Assembly: GCA_031364845.1 (NCBI GenBank)
Contig: JANLWX010000134.1
Span: forward strand, 1 to 28,065
From: Candidatus Eiseniibacteriota bacterium
GTDB lineage: Bacteria; Eisenbacteria; RBG-16-71-46
Reading direction: 5' to 3'
DNA length: 28,065 nucleotides
The notes beneath the pieces are model-generated. The model was not told where the DNA came from. It made no database searches and saw only the letters and a list, made by a program, of their open reading frames with translations. Below are positions 1 to 8,900 of this stretch, piece by piece (within the stretch, counting starts at the first letter, position 1; every line of letters begins with the position of its first letter). Position numbers and translations under genes: made by a program.

Positions 1-2
1 TC

Positions 3-1688
3 ATCACCGTCTACGGCATCTGGCGCGGCCGCGGCAGCCGCGATCTCGACGGCTATCTGCTCGCCGACCGAACGCTGCCGTGGACCAACGTCGCCTTCGC
101 GATCATGGCGACCCAGGCGAGTGCGATCACGTTCCTCTCGACACCCGGCCAGGCCTACGTCGACGGCATGCGCTTCGTGCAATTCTATTTCGGACTGCCG
201 CTCGCGATGGTGGTGCTGTGCGTGACCGCGGTGCCGATCTACCGGCGCCTCAAAGTGTTCACCGCCTACGAGTATCTCGAGACGCGTTTCGATGCGAAGA
301 CTCGCACGCTCGCGGCGATCCTGTTCCTGATCCAGCGTGGCCTCGCGGCCGGCCTCACGATCTACGCGCCCGCGATCATCCTGTCGGTGCTGCTCGGCTG
401 GAACCTGCACGTGACGAGCCTGGTTCTGGGCGGCCTGGTCGTGATCTATACGACCACCGGCGGCACCAAGGCCGTGAATCACACGCAGTATCAACAGCTG
501 CTGCTCATGATGGGCGGGCTCGCGATGGCGATCGTGCTGGTCGTGCTCGCGTTGCCTGATGGCGTGTCGCTCGGCGACGCGCTCCACGTCGCGGGCAGCC
601 TCGGGCGCACACAGGCCATCGACACGTCACTCGATCCGCAGAACCGCTACACACTTTGGTCAGGGTTGATCGGCGGCTTCTTTCTAGCGCTGTCCTATTT
701 CGGCACCGATCAATCGCAGGTTGGCCGCTATCTCGGCGGCCAGTCGGTGGCGCAGACGCGGTTCGGACTGCTGTTCAACGGACTCGCCAAGATCCCGATG
801 CAGTTCCTGATCCTGTTCGTGGGCCTGATGGTTTTCGTGTTCTTCCAGTTCAACACGCCGCCCGTGTTCTTCAATCCCGTCGAAGTGCACAAGGTCCGCA
901 GCGGGCCGCACGCTGCGGAGTTCGCGGCGATCGAAGCCGAGCACGTGCGCGCCTTCGAAGTCCGCCGCGAACGCGCACGCGAACTCGTCGCCGCGCGCCA
1001 CACCGGCGATCGCGCGGCGGAGGCCCGCGCACGGACCGAACTCGGCGCAGCACAAACCGAGTTCACTGCCGCGCGCACCCGTGCCGTCGACCTGATCCGC
1101 AGCGCCGATCCCAAAGCCCAGTCCAGCGACACCAACTACATCTTTCTGAGTTTCGTGCTCCAGCAGTTCCCGGCCGGACTCATCGGCATCATGCTCGCGG
1201 CGATCATCGCGGCATCGATGTCGTCGACGTCGGCCGAACTCAATGCGCTCGCCTCGACCACGGTCGTCGATGTGTGGAAGAGGTGGTTCGCGCGCGGCGC
1301 TTACAATCCCAAGCACGAAGTCAGGATTGGATGGATCGCCACCGCATTCTGGGGCCTGTTCGCGGTCGGATTCGCCGAGTTCGCAAACCGGCTCGGCTCG
1401 CTGATCGAGGCCGTCAATATTCTGGGATCGTTGTTCTACGGCACAATCCTCGGCATCTTCCTCACGGGCTTTTACGTGAAGCGGGTCGGCGGCACGCCCG
1501 TGTTCATCGCGGCACTCATCGCCGAGGTCGCCGTGATCGTGTGCTTCAAGCTCACGAAGATCTCGTTCCTCTGGTACAACGTGATCGGTTGCATGCTGGT
1601 GGTGCTGATCGCACTCGGACTGAGTGTGGTGTGGCCCTCGCGGCGAGCCGGCGAACGTGCTGCGGCCAGCGCCGCAGCGAACGACTAG
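3..1688 (+). CDS. Sodium:solute symporter (SSS/SLC5 family), 5'-truncated by the window edge
   Basis: The frame is open from base 3 (ITVYGIWRGRGSRDLDGYLLADRTLPW...) into the 105..1688 ORF. SSS motifs ATQASAITFLSTPG, YEYLETRF, GGTKAV, YFGTDQSQVGRYL and AASMSSTSAELNALAS are present, with many TM segments. Confidence 0.93.
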   Translation: MTVYGIWRGRGSRDLDGYLLADRTLPWTNVAFAIMATQASAITFLSTPGQAYVDGMRFVQFYFGLPLAMVVLCVTAVPIYRRLKVFTAYEYLETRFDAKTRTLAAILFLIQRGLAAGLTIYAPAIILSVLLGWNLHVTSLVLGGLVVIYTTTGGTKAVNHTQYQQLLLMMGGLAMAIVLVVLALPDGVSLGDALHVAGSLGRTQAIDTSLDPQNRYTLWSGLIGGFFLALSYFGTDQSQVGRYLGGQSVAQTRFGLLFNGLAKIPMQFLILFVGLMVFVFFQFNTPPVFFNPVEVHKVRSGPHAAEFAAIEAEHVRAFEVRRERARELVAARHTGDRAAEARARTELGAAQTEFTAARTRAVDLIRSADPKAQSSDTNYIFLSFVLQQFPAGLIGIMLAAIIAASMSSTSAELNALASTTVVDVWKRWFARGAYNPKHEVRIGWIATAFWGLFAVGFAEFANRLGSLIEAVNILGSLFYGTILGIFLTGFYVKRVGGTPVFIAALIAEVAVIVCFKLTKISFLWYNVIGCMLVVLIALGLSVVWPSRRAGERAAASAAAND

Positions 1689-1898
1689 CCGGCCCACGAC
1701 CTCGCGAACCGTCAGCCCGGCCTGACACTTCTTCAAAATCAGACTCGACGCGGCCCCCCACGCCCCCGCAAACGCCCAGCGATAGAACGCGCCGCCTCAG
1801 CGCCTTAGGAACGACTTCCGGCGCCCAGCCGTCGGCGGCACCATGCTTGCGTGGCCCGTGAGTTCTTCATCCTGGTTCGTTTCTCAAGGGGGTTTCGC

Positions 1899-4800
1899 AT
1901 GTGGCCGTCATGTCGCTGGCGCTTCGCGCCGCTGTCCCGATCCCGGGGTATCCCGGCATCCGCAATCGGATCGTTCACCACCATGCTCGCGCTGTTCGCT
2001 CTGACGTTCGTCCGCGCAGCTTCGGCCGAAGGCATCAATCTCTCGTGGAATGACTGCGGCGCCGCCGGCACATCGGTTTATTCGATCGCCTGCGATGGCG
2101 CGAAGGGAATTCCTCCCACGCTGGTCGCGTCGTTCATTCCTCCGGCGGGCGTCAACCACTTCGTCGGCGCCTCGGCAGAAATGTTGATCGAGTCGAGCAC
2201 TCCCGAGCTTCCCGACTGGTGGAAGCACGGCGTAGGACAGTGCCGGGGGACGGGCGGAATCGCCACGAGCTTCGACTTCACATCGGGTCCATCGACCTGC
2301 GCCGATGCCACCTCGGGACTCGCCTTCGGAGGCTATGCCTACGACGTGCACTGGCAGGGCGCCAGTGCCGCGCGCTTGCGCGTGCAGTACGCGATTCCGG
2401 CCGACAGCCCACGCGCGCTCAGTCCCACAGCCGAATACTACGCATTCAAAGCGTCGTTGCTGCCCGGCAATGCGGGCACGTGCGTGGGATGCGAAACGCC
2501 GGTACGGATCACCCTGCAGGGGATGCAGCTGTTCCAGCCGCTCGAGTACAACAACGATCCGGAGATCACGAACACGCTGCTGTCGACCTCGGCGTTCTGG
2601 CAGGGCACGCCGGGCCCCTTGCCTCAGATCGTCTCATTCAACCCCGCGACCGGCGCGCCTGGGATCATCGTGACGATCCACGGTGCGAACTTGAGCAGCG
2701 TTTCGTCGGTTCGGTTCGGCGGTGAGTCTGCCGCCTTCACGGTCGTTTCGAACGAAGTCATCACCGCCACGGTTCCCGAACTTGCGCGCAGCGGCAAGAT
2801 CACCGTCACGTCGTTCAGCGGGTTCGACGGAAGCGACACGGACTTCATCGTGGCTCCGGCGATCACGTCGTTCTCCCCGACCCTGGGTCCTGTGGCAACG
2901 CGGGTAGAGATTCATGGCCGCAATTTCGAGGGAGCGACCGCCGTGCGGTTCAACGGCGTCGATGCGATTTTCACCCGGGATCCGGGCTATATCGTGGCCA
3001 CGGTTCCCGCAGGGGCCACCAGCGGTTCCATCACGGTGGTGACTCCCGCCGGCACGGCCCAGTCCGCGACTTCGTTCACCGTGACCCTCGCGTCTCAGCC
3101 GATCGTGAACGGGTTCACGCCCGCCGTGGGACGTCCTGGCCTTGTCGTCACCGTCAACGGATCGCAGTTTACGGGCGCAACTCTAGTCGGGTTCGGCGGG
3201 ACTTCGGCGACGTTCACCGTGTCCTCGGATGCGGTACTCGTCGCCACCGTGCCCATCGGCGCGCGCACCGGACCGATCACGGTCAGCGGTCCCGGCGGCA
3301 CCGGCAGGAGCGTCAACATCTTCATGGCGGCTCCGGTCATCGAGTCGTTCAGTCCGAACGACGCGGCCGTAGGATCGATCGTATCCCTGCACGGTTACAA
3401 CTTCACGGGCACCACGGCCGTGCAATTCAACGGACGCGCCGCCTCGTTCGCCGTGCCGAGCGATACGTTGATCCGCGCCACCGTGCCGGATGGCACGACC
3501 AATGGCCCGATCGTCGCGGTGAACCCTGGAGGTGCCGGCTCTTCACCGATTCCGTTCCGCGTTGGCGCCACCAGTGTGCCGCGGATCGATAACGTTGCAC
3601 CCGGAGTCGGATATCCCGGAGCGCTGGTGGCAATCACCGGACGCTACTTCGAGCAGACCTTTTCGGTGCGTTTCGGCGGCGTGGCAGCCGCGTTCGAGAT
3701 TATCTCGGGCACATTCATTCGCGCGATCGTGCCCACGGGTGGCCTCACCGGGCCGATCACCATCACGACTCCCGCGGGCCCCGGCGAATCAAGCGGAATG
3801 TTCTTCGTGGCCCCGCGGCTCGTGTCGTTCGAACCGCGCAGCGGTCTTGCGGGAACGATCGTCACACTCGCCGGACACAACTTCACCGGTGCGACCCACG
3901 TCAGCTTCGCCGGACTCGATGGCGCGTTTGTGGTGGCCAACGATTCGCTCATCCGGGCCACGGTTCCAGAGGGTGCCGCGAGTGGAGCGTTGACCGTATC
4001 CACACTCGCAGGTTCGGCGTCATCGTTGACTCCGTTCACCGTGCTGTCGAACGAAGGGCCGAACCTCGTTCGCGACGGATCATTCGAGACTTCAACCGCC
4101 GCCTGGACTCCGATCGGCGGCGCCACGCTCGCACGCATCGAAGGCGGCTACGATGGCGCCTTCGCGCTGCAATTGGTCGGGCCGGATACGACCGGCGAGT
4201 TCGGGGCCAACGATTCTCCCAACACGGTGGCGGCGACGCCGGCCGCGGGCCTTCGGTATCGATTCAGCGCATACGTGATGAAGCCCGCCGGCCGCGCTCA
4301 TGTGGAGCTTCGCGCGCGCGAGTATTCGAACCGGCTGCGCACTCAAACGGTCACGACCGGCCCCATCACGCCCGATGGGGTATGGCGCTACCTGCAATGC
4401 GAAATCGTCTCCTTCGCCCCGGGCGCGACCATCGACTTCCAGATCATCGCCACGGGTTTCGAACCCGGAGTCGACGTGCGTTTCGATCAGGTTGCTGTCC
4501 GGCAGATCGGCAACCCGCCGTTCGTCACTTCTCCGGCCATCGTCGATGCAACGCCGGGCAGTCCGGTGGAAGTCGTCGTCACGGCCACCGATCCACTGGG
4601 CGGCGGCCTCCGTGCGCTCACTGCGGATCTTTCGGTACTCCCGGAAGGAAACAACGCGACCTTCACGGTGGATCCCGGGAATGCCCGCGGCGTGTTGCGC
4701 TGGACCCCTGAAGTCGAGGACGGCGGTGCTTCCTATCACGTCGAGTTCCGCGGCGCCAGCCAGATCGACGTCACGTCCACCACCGAGATTCGCGTGGCTT

Positions 4801-5606
4801 CCTTGCCGTCTAATCTGGTGGGCAACCCGTCGTTCGAGGATGGACTCGTCTACGGCTGGAAGGGCTATCGCGCATCATCGCTCGAACGCGTGCCCGGCGG
4901 ACGCACCGGCACCTTCGCGCTGCGCGTACGGCCGAGCCCGGATTCCACCGGCACCTACGGCATCAACGACAGTCCCAACTGGGTGTGGAACTCCGGCATC
5001 ACAGCCGGCAAGCGCTATCGCGTGAGCTGCTGGGTGCGCGGCGAGGCCCGCAGCGGAACCAGGCAGATCCGGATTCGCGAGTACCTCGGCCCCGCGGCGG
5101 TCGGTGTCGCCACCTATTCGCCGCGACTCGAACTCACGCCCAAGTGGACCAAGATCGTCGTCGAACATGTCACCGGGGCCGCCGGTTCGACGCTCGATCT
5201 GCACATACTCGGCAGTCCCAATCTGCCGACGGCTGAGATCCTGATCGACGACGTGTCGATCCGCGAGGTTGCCCCACCCGCGATGGCGTCGCGATTCGGA
5301 TCGCGTGAAGAGGAAGCGGGGGCAGTCATGTTCGAACGCCCGACCGTGATGCCGAATCCGTTCCGAGGCCGCGCGACTCTGGCGCTGGCACTCGCAACCC
5401 GGGGCCCGTTGCGCGTCGGGATCTACGATGTGAACGGACGGCGGGTGCGCGGGCTGTTCGATAGCATCGACGCCGCGGCGGGAACGCATCGCTTCGAACT
5501 CGATGGGCGCGACGAACGCGGCGGGCGGCTTACGCCCGGCATGTTCTTCTACCGCATCGAGAGCGCGCGGGGAGTGCAGCACGGACGTTTCGTCGTGCTG
5601 GAGTAG
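1899..5606 (+). CDS. Large exported modular protein: signal peptide, one 6-Cys 'GINLSW' domain, 6 IPT/TIG repeats, CBM4/9-like, Ig-like, CBM4/9-like, FlgD-Ig/T9SS-like C-terminal domain
   Basis: ORF 1851..5606. ATG 1899 is preferred because it follows AAGGGGG and gives a leader similar in length to the paralogue at 5965. IPT motifs P-x-I-x-S-F-x-P...G.NF.G.T.V.F.G occur six times. NLV.(D/N)(G/P)SFE...D.V CBM motifs occur twice. The C-terminus has PNPF...IYDVNGRRVR...GMFFYR. Confidence 0.85.
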   Translation: MWPSCRWRFAPLSRSRGIPASAIGSFTTMLALFALTFVRAASAEGINLSWNDCGAAGTSVYSIACDGAKGIPPTLVASFIPPAGVNHFVGASAEMLIESSTPELPDWWKHGVGQCRGTGGIATSFDFTSGPSTCADATSGLAFGGYAYDVHWQGASAARLRVQYAIPADSPRALSPTAEYYAFKASLLPGNAGTCVGCETPVRITLQGMQLFQPLEYNNDPEITNTLLSTSAFWQGTPGPLPQIVSFNPATGAPGIIVTIHGANLSSVSSVRFGGESAAFTVVSNEVITATVPELARSGKITVTSFSGFDGSDTDFIVAPAITSFSPTLGPVATRVEIHGRNFEGATAVRFNGVDAIFTRDPGYIVATVPAGATSGSITVVTPAGTAQSATSFTVTLASQPIVNGFTPAVGRPGLVVTVNGSQFTGATLVGFGGTSATFTVSSDAVLVATVPIGARTGPITVSGPGGTGRSVNIFMAAPVIESFSPNDAAVGSIVSLHGYNFTGTTAVQFNGRAASFAVPSDTLIRATVPDGTTNGPIVAVNPGGAGSSPIPFRVGATSVPRIDNVAPGVGYPGALVAITGRYFEQTFSVRFGGVAAAFEIISGTFIRAIVPTGGLTGPITITTPAGPGESSGMFFVAPRLVSFEPRSGLAGTIVTLAGHNFTGATHVSFAGLDGAFVVANDSLIRATVPEGAASGALTVSTLAGSASSLTPFTVLSNEGPNLVRDGSFETSTAAWTPIGGATLARIEGGYDGAFALQLVGPDTTGEFGANDSPNTVAATPAAGLRYRFSAYVMKPAGRAHVELRAREYSNRLRTQTVTTGPITPDGVWRYLQCEIVSFAPGATIDFQIIATGFEPGVDVRFDQVAVRQIGNPPFVTSPAIVDATPGSPVEVVVTATDPLGGGLRALTADLSVLPEGNNATFTVDPGNARGVLRWTPEVEDGGASYHVEFRGASQIDVTSTTEIRVASLPSNLVGNPSFEDGLVYGWKGYRASSLERVPGGRTGTFALRVRPSPDSTGTYGINDSPNWVWNSGITAGKRYRVSCWVRGEARSGTRQIRIREYLGPAAVGVATYSPRLELTPKWTKIVVEHVTGAAGSTLDLHILGSPNLPTAEILIDDVSIREVAPPAMASRFGSREEEAGAVMFERPTVMPNPFRGRATLALALATRGPLRVGIYDVNGRRVRGLFDSIDAAAGTHRFELDGRDERGGRLTPGMFFYRIESARGVQHGRFVVLE

Positions 5607-5651
5607 CCGGCCTGCGCCGATCGGCGCGACGACAGTGAACCTGGATCGAGG

Positions 5652-5681
5652 ATGGTCCGCCGGTTTGTTCCGGCGGGCCAT
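5652..5681 (+). terminator. GC-rich hairpin downstream of the first large gene (possible terminator)
   Basis: ATGGTCCGCCGG-tttgtt-CCGGCGGGCCAT forms a 12-bp stem with one G-U pair. There is no strong U-tract. Confidence 0.45.
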
Positions 5682-5964
5682 TCCGCGTGTAACGCTTCGG
5701 TATCGCGCCTCTTGATGGACTCGCGATGCCGCTGCGTCTCGGTTCGTCTGTGAAACCCGCGACAGCTGTCGAGTGTCATGTAGAGGCGACAGTTTCTTTG
5801 AACGCGTCTCATGGTTCATACGCGATGATATTCGCGTGGTATACGCGAAAGCTCAGTGAACACGCACGTTGACCCTCGCATTTCGCACACGCAGTGCGAG
5901 CGGCATCACAATTGCCATGTCATGATCGTGTCCGGGTCTCCCACTACCCAAGGGAGGTCCAAAG

Positions 5965-8900
5965 ATGTTGCAGCTCCCCAGTGCCCGTGGTTCGTATCGT
6001 CGACGACACCCCGTTGTCGACGCGATGTTGTGGTTCGCTGGATGTTTGTTTGCGCTGTCGCTCATCGCTGCCGTGGCCCGCGCGGCCCCCGGGATCAATC
6101 TGTCCTGGGATGAATGCGGTGCCGCGGGCTCCGAGATCAAGACGTTCGCATGCAATCAGAACAGCGGAGCACCGTTCACACTGGTGGCTTCGTTCGTTCC
6201 CCCCTCGGGCATCCAGGAAATGGTTGGACTGTCGGCCGACATGCGCATCGCATCGACCGCGTTGCCCGACTGGTGGAAGCACGGCAAGGGTCAGTGCCGC
6301 GGGTTGACCGACCTGGCCACCGACTTCGACTTCACCGCACCAGGAGCCTGCACGGATTTCATGCATGGGCGAGGTGCCGGAGGGTTCTTATACGAAGTCG
6401 GAAGTTACGGCGCCAACACTGCCCGGCTGCGGGTGCAAGCCGCGATCCCTTACGATGAGAAAGGGCCGCTCGCCCCTGGAACCGAGTACTACGCGTTCAA
6501 GGTCCGTGTGCCGCGTTCGAATGTGACGGGCGCAGGCAATTGCGCAGGATGCGACGTTCCGGTGAGCATCAGCCTGCGTGAAATCCAGTTGTTCCAGCCG
6601 CTGGAGGCAGGCAACGATCCGGTGCTCCTGACGCCACTCGTTCGCACGACGGCGTTCTGGCAGGCGAAGAGCGGTTCGGTTCCGGTGGTCACTGCGTTCG
6701 CGCCGGCTTCGGGAACGCCCGGAACCGTCGTCACCATCACGGGCAACAACTTCACCGGCGCATCGGCGCTGTGGTTCGGAGCCGTGGGCGCCGAGTTCAG
6801 CGTGGTCTCCAATACGGAGATCCGCGCCACCGTACCCGCGCTGGCGCGCAATGGGACGCGGATCGTCGTCGACACACCCCATGGAAGTGCGATCAGCGCG
6901 AATGCGTTCGGACTTCCGCCGCAGATCGTGTCGATCTTTCCCGAGCAGGCGCCAGTGGGAGCGACGGTCGCGATCCGCGGCCGCAACTTCGAAAACGTGA
7001 CGACCACGAAGTTCAATGGCGTGAACGCCGCGTTCACCGCCGTCTCCGATTCGATCATTCGCGCGACGGTGCCCGTCGGAGCCACCACGGGGCCGATCAG
7101 TGTTGTAAGTGGCACCGGAACCGGGACGTCAGCCACGCCGTTCCGCGTCGGAGAAGCGCTGGGCTCACTCAACCTCGCGTGGAACGACTGTAGCTCTGCA
7201 GGCGTCGAGACAAAGTCGTTCGCATGCGCCGCAAATACGCAGGCTCCATTCACGCTGATCGGTTCGTTCGTGCCTCCGCCGGGTGTGACGCAGTTCTTCG
7301 GGGTGACGGCAGATCTTACCGTGGCGGCCGGGACGCTGCCTGATTGGTGGAAGCACGGGGCCGAGCAATGCCGGGGCGCTCAGGGTCTCACCGTGAGTCC
7401 GGACTTCAGGACGGGACCGTCCACGTGCATCGATCCGTGGCGAGGGATGGCCAACGCCCCGTTCAGTTACAACATCGATCCGAACGGCACGACCGCGCGC
7501 ATTCACATTGTCGCTGCCATGCCGCAAGCCAATGCGCGGGCGCTGGACGCATTCCGGGAATATTACGGATTCAAGTTGAACGTGGTGCCGACGCGGGTCA
7601 CGGGATCGGGCGCTTGTAGCGGTTGCGACACGCCGGTGAACATCGTGCTGAATCAGATCCAGCTCATGCAGCCGGCAGCACTCGGTCAGAATCCCATCAT
7701 CACGGCGCCGTTGGTTCGAAACTCGGCGAACTGGCAGGGAACGCCGGGACCTCGGCCGCGAGTTGATAGCTTCACGCCGCTCGCCGGCGCGCCGGGAACG
7801 GTGGTCACAATCACCGGAGTCAATTTCGGCGAGACCTCGGCTGTGCGTTTCGGAGGGAGCGCTTCGGCGTTCACGAGGGCGTCCGACACACAGTTGATCG
7901 CGACGCTGTCCGCTGATGCTCAGACCGGTCCGATCACGGTTCATAGTCCGTATGGAACCGGCAGCGGGCCGGTGGCGTTCATCGTCGCTCCGCGCATCGC
8001 CGCCATCACTCCCGCGCAGGGCGCCGTAGGAACCAGCGTTCAGATTCAGGGCACGAACTTTACCTCGACCTCATCCGTGACATTCAACGGAACCAGCGCG
8101 TCGTACACGGTCGACTCCAACGACCTGATCACGACCACGGTTCCGGTGAACGCGACGTCGGGACCGATCGTGGTCTTGAACCCGGGCGGTTCGGCGACTT
8201 CGAGTGGCTTTGTCGTCACGCTGCCGGTGCCTCGCGTGGACTCGTTCAGTCCTGCGGGAGGAGCGCCCGGTTCGACCGTCGCTGTGCGTGGCGCGAACTT
8301 CATCGGCGCTTCGCGCGTACAGATCGGTGGCGTGGACGCCACGCACCAGGTTGTGTCAGACACGAGGATCGACGCGATCGTCCCGGTCGGAGCGCGCAGC
8401 GGGCCGGTTCTGGTGACGGGGCCCGGCGGCACGAACGCGACAAGCCCGACGTTCATCGTCGCGCCCATCATCGAGTTGTTCACTCCTGTCTCGGCGCGCG
8501 TGGGTAGTTCCGTTGTGATCCGAGGGGCAAATCTGGGGAGCGTGACCCGTGTCGCTTTCGGCAGTGTCACCGCGACGTTCTCGCTTCAGAGTGAAGTCGT
8601 GATGAACGCCGTGGTCCCCGAAAGCGCAGTGACCGGACCGATCAGCGTCACCAACATCGGCGGTACGGCAACCTCGGCCGGCAGCTTCACGGTGCTCGCA
8701 CCACAGCCTCCAGTGATCACGTCGTTCTCGCCGACGCAGGGGGCGGTCGGATATACCATCTGGATCAACGGTGATCACCTTAGCTCCGTGAACGCAGTGC
8801 GATTCAACGGAGTTCCGGCGAGCTTCATCGTATTCTCCACCACCACCATGAATGCCGTCGTCCCCAGTGGCGCGCAGGATGGATTCATCACCGTGGCGAG

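Noticed and set aside
880..1130. Long hydrophilic helical insertion inside the SSS transporter
   Set aside because: As I recall, such an extracytoplasmic loop before the D.NY(I/V)F motif is common in this SSS subfamily. It is not evidence of a fusion.
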